From Octopus sinensis (lineage: Eukaryota): a stretch of DNA of 64,000 nt. The stretch covers positions 28,458,001 to 28,522,000 of the forward strand of contig NC_043020.1 of assembly GCF_006345805.1 (NCBI RefSeq), read 5' to 3'. This document shows, piece after piece, positions 35,475 through 47,229 of this stretch. Every line of letters starts with the position of its first letter. Positions within the stretch are counted from its first letter, which is position 1. The translations under genes and the position numbers were made by a program. The notes under the pieces were generated by a model. The model had not been told where the DNA came from and ran no database searches. It saw only the letters and a program-made list of their open reading frames with translations.

Positions 35475-35760
35475 TTGTCATTGTTTAACGTCCATTTTCC
35501 ATGCTGGCATGGGCTGGATGGTTCGATTTGGGGTCTGGGAAGCCAGATGGCTGCACCAGGCTCCAATCTCATCTGGCAGTGTTTTCTACAGTTGGATGCC
35601 TTTCCTAACGCCAACCACTCCGAGAGTGTAGTGGGTGCTTTTTATGTGCCACCGGCACAGGGGCCAGACGGGGCTGGCATTGACCATGTTTGGATGGTGC
35701 TTTTATGTGCCACTGGCATGGGAGCCAATCATGGTGGCACTGGCATCGACTATGTTTGGG
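35475..35760 (-). mobile_element. Short copy of the RTE LINE 3' end
   Basis: Reverse complement of the 3' UTR. Confidence 0.85.
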
Positions 35761-35859
35761 CAGTGGGATCAATTCATTCAACTAAAAATTCAAGGCAGTG
35801 CTCCAGCATGGCCACAGACCAATGAACGAAACAATTAAAAGATAAAATATATATGGTAC

Positions 35860-36170
35860 ATGCCGCTGGCATGTGAAAAGCATCATTTGAGCATGGTCGA
35901 TACCAGTGCCCTCTGACTGGCACCCATGCTGGTGGCACATAAAAAGCACCTTTCAAGTGTGGTCAGTGCCAGTGCCGCCTGTCTGGCCCCCATGCCAGTG
36001 GCCTGTAAAAAGCATCCACTACACTCTCAGAGTGGTTGGCATTAGGAAGGGCATCCAGCTGTAGAAACCTTGCCAGATCAGATTGGAGCCTGGTGCAGCC
36101 TCTTGGCTTGCTAGTCCTCAGTCAAACTGTCCAACCCATGCCAGCATGGAAAGCAGACGTTAACGATGAT
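35860..36170 (+). mobile_element. Short copy of the RTE LINE 3' end with about four hairpin units
   Basis: Repeated (A/G)TGCC.GTGGCA units followed by the standard terminus. Confidence 0.85.
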
Positions 36171-36959
36171 GAGGAAGAGGAGGAGACAGACCTCCATGCA
36201 GTTCCTATCAAATTCATTCACAAGGCATTGGGTCAGCCCAAAGCTATAGAAGAGGACTCTTGCCCAGGGTTCCATGCAATGCAACTGATCAGGAAACCAG
36301 GTGGCTGCAAAGCATGGATTTTAACCCCATGCCATGGCTTGTGCCTGATGAACAAGATAATATATTCTAGAAACTGAGAGAATAATATGTTCCTACATTA
36401 TACTAAATACACGCAGGAAATGTATATATATATAACCTCATGGCATTGGTGAAAGGCAGTGATTACAGGTGTCCCTGGTAGATAAGGTATATCAGAAAGG
36501 TGATTTAACAATAAAACAAAAGCTATATCTTGATAGCTTATCAATCTCAATTTATTTCATTGCCATTTAATTGGTGGTGTTTACTGAATAAATAAGCCAC
36601 AATAACGAATATCGTGAATATCGAATATAAGTCTGAGTTAGACTCATAGCATGATCTGTATTTTAAAGAGTGATGTCAGCAGAAACAGTGATGTTTCATG
36701 GAGTCTTGGAACATGCTTTCTGAATGTTGATCAGTTGTGCTTACAGACTCTCTCAAATGGGAAGCTTTTGAACCACCCTCATCATTGAACTTCCATGTAC
36801 CATGCTGGCATGGGTTGGATGGTTTGACAGGATCCAATGGGTCTAAGGACTGCATCATGCTCCAGGGTTTGCTTTGGTGTGGTTTCTCCAGCTGGATTCC
36901 CTTCCTAATGCCAACCACTTTACAGAGTGTCGGAGTGATTTTTTTTTTCGTCATTCCAC

Positions 36960-37380
36960 CAGCCGTAATGAGGTTGTCATGCAGCTATGAATTCCAAGGA
37001 TGAGGAAGCTTTATGCTCGATGATGGACTAAAGTATGAGAGAATTGAGCAGAGCAGGTCAGAGGAACGACATAGCTATTCATGTTTATAAAAAGACAGGA
37101 TGAAAATGATCAGTTGGAGCTGGAGAAAGGTAAACAGTGGTGATAAGGGAGTCCGGGTGGCCCCTCAAGGTACAGGTTGAGAAGTGAGCGGGGACAGAGG
37201 AATTAGGAGTGGGAGTTTGCAAGAGTATATGAGGGAGTGACGGGTAAGGAGTCTAGGTGAGGGAGGTAGACAACAGCTGTAAAGATTGGGGTAGGGTTGA
37301 AGGGTGGATGTAGTGAATGGTAGTTACTCCGGAGGAAATGACTTCCGTGATGGTTAAGTGTTCAGACCTGCAAGAATTGG
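36960..37380 (-). mobile_element. Possible decayed L2/CR1-type LINE 3' fragment
   Basis: The minus strand is C-rich with a remnant resembling the ...WNSLP... motif. Weak. Confidence 0.3.
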
Positions 37381-37898
37381 ACCTATGTTGCCGTTTTTTC
37401 CCCCCAATGTGCCAGGGACCAGTAATATTTCTTAGTAATTTATACCAGAAGCAATATATATATATATATAATGAATATAAGAAAAGTTGACAATTTTTTT
37501 TAATCTTATATTTATTTTGTAAACAAATAATACAATATTACATAAGCATCTTATAAGCATTTTATAATGTTTCTTTCTTTTCTGGAAACTCCCCATGTAC
37601 CAACAGCTTATGGCTCGCAGACCGGCACCAGTCTGCAGACCACCACTTTGAGTAGCACTGGGCTGCAACAGTTATCTTATATTCTAAGCAAAATCTCTTC
37701 TCATTGTTGTCTCTGCGCACCCCATTACATGGTTTTCAGTGAACCCAAGTCTGTTGGTGACCCCTTGACCCAGTATAAATTTCTATTGCATAATATAATT
37801 TGTACCTCCACACACACATACACAGATGATGTATTGGAGCAGCTTTTTTTCCGTTGAATGGAACAAAGTAAATATTTCCTGCAGATCAATGATGGAAT

Positions 37899-38200
37899 GT
37901 GGAGGCATATGGCCTAGTGGTTAGAGCAGCGGACTCGCAGTCAAGGGATCGCAGGTTCGAATCTCAGACCGGGCGATGTGTGTGTTTATGAGTGAAACAT
38001 GTAAGCTCCACGCGACTCCGGCAGAAGGTAATGGCGAACTTCTGCTGACTCTTTCGCCACACTCTCTCTCTCACTCTTTCCTCCTGCATCTTGCAGCTCA
38101 CCTGCGATGGGCCGGCGTCCCGTCCAGGTGGGGAACCTATACACCAGGGAAACTAGGAAACTGGCTCTTATGAGCCAGGTATGGCTCGAGAAGGAAGAAA
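37899..38200 (+). mobile_element. SINE family C (tRNA head, V-SINE-like central motif)
   Basis: TGGCCTAGTGGTTAG A box, GGTTCGAATC B box, CCTGCGATGG...CGTCCCGTCCAGG motif. 12-bp TSD CAATGATGGAAT (37887-37898, 38201-38212). Confidence 0.9.
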
Positions 38201-38899
38201 CAATGATGGAATAAAATGCAATACTGAAGCTGACTGGCCAGGATTTGAACTCATTCATTAACCAACAAAAGAAACTACTGCTCAGCATGTTACCCTCTGT
38301 GCCACCCTTACACACCTGATTATAATATCGCAAAAATTGTATTGAGATAAAAGTAGCAATAAAGAAGATTCCAAATTTTGGCACAAGGCCAGTAATTTGG
38401 GGGCGGCAGCGGTGGTGCTGATGCTGCATGATTATATGTTTTATTATTTTATTTTGCATGTTTTTGAAATAACTAAAGATTGAAGTCATGCAAAATGTCA
38501 TAATATAAATTTGTGGAGATTAGTAAAAAGTTTGTTGCTTCGTTATCACTGACAAGTGTCCATGCAACATCTTGCAAGAAGTCAATCAATTCAATAACTG
38601 TTTCCCTCAGCTCACAGCATAGCAAGTGAGCTTGGTAGGCCATCGTGCTTACGGTACTAGACTGGAATTGGGAATTTTGAAAAGCAGACATGACTGATGA
38701 TTCGGAGGAGAATGTTTTTGTTTTTTTTTTTGGTTTTGGCTTGTTTTGTTTTGTTTTTTTCTTTTTCTTTGGGTGTGTGATAATAATTATGGTAAAGGAA
38801 TTTCTGATTTCAGACAGTTTGAGTTCCAATATAAAAGGCTTATTGGTTGGAAACGTTTATTTGGAGCTGAAACAGCCAACTTGGTATGCAGGATGAAAC

Positions 38900-39065
38900 A
38901 CACACTCACACATTTGTATATACTTGTATGTACTCATATATATATGTATATGTGTGTGTGTGTGTGTGTACACACTCACTCACATTTGTGTGTGTGAGTG
39001 TTATGTATACATATACACACACATGCATATGTATGTATACATTTATATATACTTGTATGTACTCG

Positions 39066-39109
<44 letters not shown>

Positions 39110-39290
39110 CACACACTCATATTTGTGTGTGTATGAGTGTTATATATAAATATACACACACACGCATATGTATGCATACATTTGTATATACTTCTGTGTA
39201 TACATATACACAAACATGTGTCTGTATATGTATGAGTGAAAATATCTATCTCTCTATATATCTACACACACACATACACTTGTATATATG
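38900..39290. repeat. Compound (TG)/(TA)/(CA) microsatellite with duplicated units
   Basis: Direct reading. Confidence 0.9.
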
Positions 39291-39541
39291 TATGCTCACA
39301 CAAGCACGTGAACCCTTCCCCCAGCTCTATATATTCTAGATGTGTGATTAAGAAGTTTGTTTCCTAACCTCGTGTCTCTGAGTCCGTCCCACTGTGTGAC
39401 ACCTTGGTCAAGTGTCTTGCACTCTAGCCTTATGAGTCAATTTAGTAGACAGAAACTGCAAGAAACCCATCATGTAGACACAGACACACACATATATATA
39501 TATACATACATGTATACTTCCTTATATACACTTACCTATGT

Positions 39542-39850
39542 GTGGAGGCACATGGCCTAGAGGTTAGAGCAGCGGACTCGTGGTCGAGGGATCGTGAGTT
39601 CGAATCTCAGACCGAGCGATGTGTGTGTTTATGAGCAAAACACCTGAGCTCCACGCGGCTCTGGCGGAAGGTAATGGTGAACTTCTGCTGACTCTTTCGC
39701 CACACACTCTCTCTCTCACTCTTTCCTCCTGCATCTTGCAGCTCACCTGCGACGGACTGGCATCCCGTCCAATTGGGGAACCTATACACCACGGAAACCG
39801 GGAAACCGGCCCCTAATGAGCCAGGCATGGCTCAAGTAGGAACAAACAAA
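39542..39850 (+). mobile_element. SINE family C copy
   Basis: Colinear with 37899-38200. TSD ACTTA(C/G)CTATGT, 11/12 match (39530-39541, 39851-39862). Confidence 0.9.
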
Positions 39851-40867
39851 ACTTAGCTATGTATAATAAATTAAAACTAAATTGGTGCATATACTGAGAA
39901 TTATATAAAATCAAATATTCCAAGATTGCTATTATATCAAATAGACTCCTAAAATGGCTAAAAGGATATCTAGTTAAATTCAACATATGATTACATTAAT
40001 TCACCCCTACATATAATTTCAAATGTATATGCACGTATCATAAGCAAACATATGCACATAATCAGAAACTTAAAAAAAAAACTAGAATTCAAGATGGTAG
40101 GTTTTCATGAAAGTAGACTTGCTGGTGATTAAATGATAAATGGATGCATAGCACATATGCTTCATGGATACTTCTGGAAATATAATTCTCTATATGTATC
40201 TGTGCACACAACAACTGTATATTAAAAATACAGGCTTAGATGTACAACGAATTAAATAAAAATACTTCAAGGCAGCTTCTGCATCAAAATAGATTTACAT
40301 CTGATTAAAGAGGTATGCAGGCATATCATATCATGTATATACATATATATCTATATATATGTATATATACATTCATGCTTACATTGATAGGTCTCTGCAT
40401 ATGGTTACATATGTATCTGTGTATATTAATATCTAAAAACAGACTTATAAGCCAGGAATAAGAAAAAAAAAAACTTCCAAGATAGCTTTTGCATTGGAAT
40501 AAGTTCACAAATGATTAGATGCTCACCTTGGATTTTGTTTCCTCCGTTCTGTGTGTGTGTGTGTGTGTGGTAGACAATAATCTAGAAGCTAAAAATAAGC
40601 AATATTACAGCTGCAATACTGATGCTTTACAGAACCAGTATCTGATTCTGAAGGTACATTGCTTGGCACCTTGGGTAAGTCTTCTACCACGGTCCCAGGC
40701 TGACCAATGCCGTTCAAGTGGATTTGGTAGACAATAATTGAACACTGGTTATGGGTTCAATCCCAGTGTATGCTATCTTTGACAAGTGTTTAATAAAATA
40801 GAGCTGACCGATGTCTTGTGAGTGAATTTGGTGCACAGAAACTGTGCGGAGGTCTGTCATGTGTATG

Positions 40868-40904
<37 letters not shown>

Positions 40905-41100
40905 TAAAAAAAGCTCTGTGAAGTGTGACATTTAACCCAGAGATCAGGCTCAGTAGTGACTTCCACACCCTGCTCCAGTGGCCAGTGTAGTGTGACACAG
41001 GGCATTGACTTTGGGATAGGCTCGTGGGTGGAATACAAGCTGAATAATGGAAATAATAACAATATACATAAAAAGGTAATTGAATGCCACACCTGTTTTA

Positions 41101-41500
41101 GATGCAGGTATGATTGTGCAGTAAGAAGCTTGTTTCCCAACCACATGGTTTCAGGTTCAGTCCCACCACATGGCACCTTCGGCCAGTGTCTGCTACTATA
41201 GCTGTGGGCCAACCAAAGTCTTGTGAGTTGATTTAGTAGATGGAAACTGAAAGAAACCTAATGCACACACACACACATAGCTATATACATGTGTGCATGT
41301 GTCATTGTGTTTGTCCCCCACCACCGCTTGACAACTGGTGTTTGTGTGTTTACATCCCCATGACCGTAACAGTTTGGCATAGAATTTCAATCGAATAATT
41401 GTCAGGCTTTAACACAAGTAAATGCTGGCATCAATCTGTTCAACTAAAACACTTCAAGGCGATGATCCAGCATGGCCGCAGTCTAATGACTGAAATATGA
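41101..41500 (+). mobile_element. SINE family B full copy
   Basis: Head, central (CA)n, conserved 3' half. Confidence 0.8.
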
Positions 41501-42223
41501 AAGGTATGTCCTCCAATGTAAGGACAGGCAATACGGTGCTAAGCATTTTGTCCAGTTTGCTAACGATTCTACCAACTCATCTCCTTAATAATAATGATGA
41601 TGATGATAATGAAGATAATGAAATTATTTTTAATACAGTGGCAAATGTACTGGGGAAGGGGATTAGTTGATTAAATTTATTCCAGAATTTGATTGGTATT
41701 TAATTAGGTTGATTTAATTGACTATCTTCCCCCTACCCAATTAAAAAAAATTCCTTCCTCAAAATTTCTGGTTTTTGCTGTTTGACTGCTCTGAGAAAAA
41801 TGTCCAATAACAATGATTAAAAAAAAACCCCCAAAACAATCGAATCAAACTAAAAAAATTTGAAGGATAACTGTGTCAATAATATTTGTAAAATGTATTG
41901 ATCATTATCCGATCTATTAGAAATGTCCACAGAATTCATTGATTTCATGTCCTACGTAAACAAGCTATCAAAGCATGTAACAGACCAAGCTGTCCTCCCA
42001 CAATCGTAGAAAGAGAGAGAGATCTCAAATGATTCAAATGGTAACTGTATCATATGGCCCAAGGTTCGTTAATAGGGGAATCCATCTTCTGAACCTGGTG
42101 CATTAAAAGCACAAGAAATGTTGCATACAAAATACAACGCCAGCAGGAACGGATAAACCAATATCTTATGATAATGATGACAATTGAAATAAGAGCCAGA
42201 CACAACTCTTTGACTCTTTCAAA

Positions 42224-42618
42224 TCTCTCTCTATATAAAGCTGAAATTGTCTGTGTATGGCAGGTTTGGTAGCCTTCAACTAACACTATCTCCTCCAAGA
42301 CTCTGTGGCGCAAGTTGACCAAAATTGAGAGTATCATAGAAGAAGGCTTGCTCTTCCTTCCATAGAAGAAAAAATTCAAATCGGATCATGTTAACACCAA
42401 AAATTATTTACACCAAAAAGGTGCTTTTTTTTCTATGAAAATCCCTATTTTTTTAACGATTTTTTGACTGCTGTGTCGCCAATTTTCGGTGTATTTCAAC
42501 CAGAAAAATGTTCACTTAAAGAGAATAACAAGCTACATAATGCAAAATTTTTACTTTTCAAAAATTCCAATTCTAAAGGGTCGAAACAAACCCGAGCAAC
42601 TCTGGATGATACTGCTAG
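42224..42618 (+). mobile_element. Non-autonomous Helitron
   Basis: 5' TC start (TCTCTCTCTATATAAAGCTGAAA), subterminal CCCGAGCAACTCTGG hairpin remnant, 3' CTAG. Inserted between A42223 and T42619 with no TSD. Confidence 0.75.
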
Positions 42619-43103
42619 TAAACAATAAACGGACGCAAGAGGAATATGTTTCTGTTCATCCTTCTCTTTCTTGTCCGTTTTCACAGCCCTGGGGCTGGGT
42701 CAAGCTCCAATGTCTGCTTTGTTAGGGTTTCTGTGACTGGATGCTCTTCCTAATACCAACCACTTCACAGTGTGTACTGGGGCCTGTCTTTTAGTACCAC
42801 CAGCACTGGTGAGCCCTAGTCGCTTCAGTAGGATTTGAACTCAGAATATAAAAAGCCAGAACACATATCACCAGGCACTCTGTCCTGTACTACACTAACC
42901 ATTTCTGCCAGTCCACCCCGTATTTATTCCTATACTAGATTTTATTCCGACATTCGTTTCCTTGGAAACAGAATTGGAGGAATTAGTCAAATTTATTAAA
43001 TACTTGAAAAGAAAAAAAGTCTTTGAAAGTGATGAGGCAACACATTGCCATGTCCACTCTGCATAAAGTGACCAGCAAAATGCAGCCAATACTACCACCA
43101 CCA

Positions 43104-43136
<33 letters not shown>

Positions 43137-43670
43137 AGCCAGGAACAATACTATCCATTAGTATTAACCTTTACAATCCCAGAATAGCCAGATTTAACAC
43201 ACAAAGAGATGTCTACAGAAGAATCTCTTGCCAAACGTTAGGCTTACAATCTATCTTCTTGTTCGACTGAGATTACAGTAACGACGGTGGTGGTGGTGGT
43301 AGTAGTAGTAGGAGGAGTCTTTATGTAGTGCTTCTGCACTATGGAAGAGTTAATCTCTCGTCAACATAATTTTGTTCTTTTTTCCTTCTGGGATCAATAA
43401 CATAAGTACCACTTAAGTATTGACGATACTTCTTGTGCTTAAATTCCTGACCTTGTTCCAAAGTTGGAAATCTTCTTCATAATCATCATCATCATCATCA
43501 TCATGATTCTTCATGATCATTATCCAAGACATGCCAAAAATGGCATTCTCACAGATCTAGGAGTTATCAGATATATATGTCTATCCTTTTAGAGTTCTTT
43601 GCTGTCCCCTAAGCAGGTGCTTATCTATGCTTCCTATGGTTCGGATGATAAATCTTTCTTCGGAGAGTAC

Positions 43671-44073
43671 TCTCTTTACTCTTTACTTGTTTCAGTCTTT
43701 TGACTGCGGCCATGCTGGAGCACCGCCTTTAATCGAGCAACTCGACCCCGGGACTTATTCTTTTGTAAGCTCAGTACTTACTCTATCGGTCTCTTTTGCT
43801 GAACCGCTAGGTAACGGGGACATAAACACACCAGCATCGGTTGTCAAGCGATGCTGGGGGGACAAACACAGACACACAAACATACACACACACACATATA
43901 TACATATATACGACGGGCTTCTTTCAGTTTCCGTCTACCAAATCCACTCACAAGGCTTTGGTCAGCCCGAGGCTATAGTAGAAGACACTTGGCCAAGGTG
44001 CCACGCAGTTGGACTGAACCCAGAACCATGGGGTTGGTTAGCAAGCTACTTACCACACAGCCACTCCTGCACC
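43671..44073 (-). mobile_element. SINE family B full copy
   Basis: Reverse complement of 7073-7500; CpG-rich. Confidence 0.9.
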
Positions 44074-44872
44074 CATTGCAGTACATTGCTGATTAATGTT
44101 TCATGTGGGAGGCATTCGTCCTCTTTTCATTAATTCCTTTGATTCCATGTAGCAGATAAGACACCACCAAGAGGGGTCTTCACATGTCTCAGTCTTTGGC
44201 AATGGGTTGCAGTTGTCCCCAGGTGGAGCCACCTGCCAGTGCTTCAGTTTCTGTATCACATTAGGAAAGCAGAAGAAAAGGAAGAAAACATAAAGCTGGA
44301 TGGTCAGAAGCTGAGCAGGTAAAAATATTTAAGTATTTAGGACAAATAAGGAGCACCTACCTCAGCTTCCCAGCTCTGATCAAACCGTCCAACCCATGCC
44401 AGCATGGACAACGGACGTTAAATGATGACGATGATGAACAAGTCAGGAAGGTTGCTGTGATGCAAATTACTCAAAGAATAAATAAAGCTAAAACAACATT
44501 TTATAAGAATAGAAAGGATTTTCACCCCAAAACAGATAAATATTATGTCTAAAATTGAGGCTAGTAAACTGCATTTCATATTTAGTCATGCACTGGAGCA
44601 CAAGGCCTCATGGTTGAATCAACATAATATTGTACAATTAGCTGAGGGATTGGAGGCTCTTGCCCTGTTATTGGTTGTGTATTGTTTGTGACCAAAACAC
44701 TTAGTTTTCATTGCCCAATCCTCTAGGATTGCAAGGAGTGTAGTTGATTGAAGCAACCTTGAATTTATTTCATTGACCTCAGAAGAGCAAAATTCAAATC
44801 TGACTCTGACAAGATTTGAACACAGAAAGCAGAACAATCAAATATGGTAAAACACTTTGTATATTCTTTCCA

Positions 44873-45322
44873 GGCGTAGCAGTGGGTGTGTGGTAAGTAG
44901 CTTGCTTACCAACAACATGGTACTGGGTTCAGTCCCACTGCATGGTACCTTGGGCAATTGTCTTCTACTATAGACCCCGGGCCGACCAAAGCCTTGTGAG
45001 TGGATTTGGTAGACGGAAACAGAAAAAAGCCCATTGTATATATGTGTGTGTGTGTGTATGTATATATATATATGTGTGTGTGTATATATATATATATATG
45101 TACGTGTGTGTGTGTATGTTTGTGTGTCTGTGTTTGTCCCCCCCAACATCACTTGATGACCGATGCTGGTGTGTTTATGACCCTGTAACTTAGCGGTTCG
45201 GCAAAAGAGACGGATGGAATAAGTACTAGGGTTACAAAAGAATAAGTCCTGGGGTTGATTTGCTCAACTAAAGGTGGTGCTCCAGCATGGCCACAGTAAA
45301 ACGACTGAAACGAGCAAAAGAG
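44873..45322 (+). mobile_element. SINE family B full copy
   Basis: Head, central (TG/TA)n, 3' half. Confidence 0.9.
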
Positions 45323-45819
45323 TTTCTTTTCTACTCTAGGCACAAGGCCCGAGATTTTGGGGCCCTCTACCTTATAATATTGAGTAGAAGTGAGCTTCCA
45401 ACGAACCAGGTCAGCCTCCCAGTTTTGCTAACTGATTGTGATCCTTTATCTCCAGTTATATCACCACTACTTGCGGGGGGGGGGGACAAACAAAACAAGA
45501 TGCATAACTGTCACACAATCTCACCTCTACCCCATCCCCCCCACCTCTTACATTTACCTAAGTAAGAAAAATCAATGAGTTGCAAAAAGGATTTTGAACA
45601 GCTGCAAGAGTTTCTAATTGCTTCACAAAATGGCCTCTTTCTTTCTACTGTCAGACAATATTTATTTAGAATCTCGTTGTTTAGGCGCAGGCTTGGCTGT
45701 GTGGTCAGGAAGCTTGCTTTGCAACCACATGGCTTTGGGTTCAATCCCACAGCATTGCACCGTTGGCAAGTGTTTTCTACTGTAGCTCTTAGTCAACCAA
45801 TGCCTTAGAAGGGAATCTG

Positions 45820-45985
45820 GTAAATGATGATGATTATGAGGCTGGTGGTGGTGGAGGCAGTGGTGCTGATGACGATGCTGATGGTGATGGTTATGCCGCT
45901 GCTGCTGATGATGATGACTATGATGACAATTATGATGATGATGAGGCTGGTGGTGGTGGTGATGGTGGTGCTGATGACGATTACA
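45820..45985. repeat. (GAT/GGT/GCT)n trinucleotide tract
   Basis: Direct reading; source of the poly-H/M pseudo-ORFs. Confidence 0.9.
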
Positions 45986-46793
45986 ATGAACCCAGGTAAC
46001 CATGCAGGACTAAGGTTGTGTTTATGTCTCTGTTCCACTCCATGAAATTGGTAGATGGAAAAGCGTTGTCTCTATGTTGATATCACTTTGTAAAACAGTT
46101 CTCTGTACTTCTCTCTCATGACTTAGAAGTTCAACAAAGAAATCGATAAACTAAGTACCAAACTTATGACTAGTACTAAAGTTAATACAATTAGCTAAAA
46201 TCTCCTAAATGTAATACTGTAGCATGGCCATTCAATGACTCAAACAAATAAAAAAGAAAAGTGCTTGATATATTTGAATATTAATTGCCAACAGAATAGT
46301 AACAGCTGTTACCAAATTCTTTTTTCTTTTTCCTGTTTATTCTTACGTTAAGGAGATAAGATAACGGACTTTCAAGCCTCCAACTTGCTCGTTCTGACAG
46401 GACTGTATTCTACAACACAGCTTTTGGGTGTCCACTTTCCACCATGTCCCATTTACGAGGCAGAATGTTACCTCAAGCAAACTGGGGATCGATTTAGGGG
46501 TTGGTTAAGCGAGCGACATTTTATGTTGGGACAGTTTCTCACCTTTTGTAAATAAGGCTCACCACAGGCCCTTTGGCTTCGTCTGCAACCAAGATTTCTA
46601 TACAAGCTACTTGTCTATCTTGGGTCACAGCAACAGTAAGTTCACAAAATATCTCTGAACAAGACTGGGTTGTAAATGATGTAAAAACTGTCTGGAGGAC
46701 CTGAATCAATAACCATTCAGAAATGCTAAATATATTCTTTTCTTCTTTTACTTGTTTCAGTCGTTGGACTGCGACCATGCTGGGGCACTACCT

Positions 46794-47024
46794 ATTTCTT
46801 TATTGCCCACAAGGGGCTAAACATAGAGGGGACAAACAATGGCAGACAAAGGGGTTAAGTTGATTACATCAACCCCAGTGCATAATTGGTACTTCATTTA
46901 TCGACCCCGAAAGGATGAAAGGCAAAGTCGACCTCGGCGGAATTTGAATTCAGAACATAGCAGCAGACAAAATACCGCTAAGCATTTCACCCGGTGTGCT
47001 AACGTTTCTACCAGCTCGCTGCCT
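46794..47024 (-). mobile_element. SINE family A full copy
   Basis: Colinear with 7670-7881. Confidence 0.88.
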
Positions 47025-47198
47025 TATGGTGGGGCACTACCTTGAAGGGTTTTATCAGAATAGATTGACCCTACTACTTATTTTATTTTAAAATCTAGTA
47101 CTTATTCTATTGGTATCTTTTCCCAAATGTTAAATTGCTGGGATGTAAACAAACCAATGCTGGTTGTCAAGTGGTGGCGGGTACAAACATAACCACAG

Positions 47199-47229
<31 letters not shown>

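Noticed and set aside
37899-37975. tRNA-like sequences (also at other SINE heads)
   Set aside because: A and B boxes are present, but there is no acceptor-stem closure and the sequence continues into SINE bodies flanked by TSDs.
46330-46730. Possible Tx1/L1-type C-terminal fragment on the minus strand
   Set aside because: Only vague Cys-rich remnants in broken frames; too weak to call.
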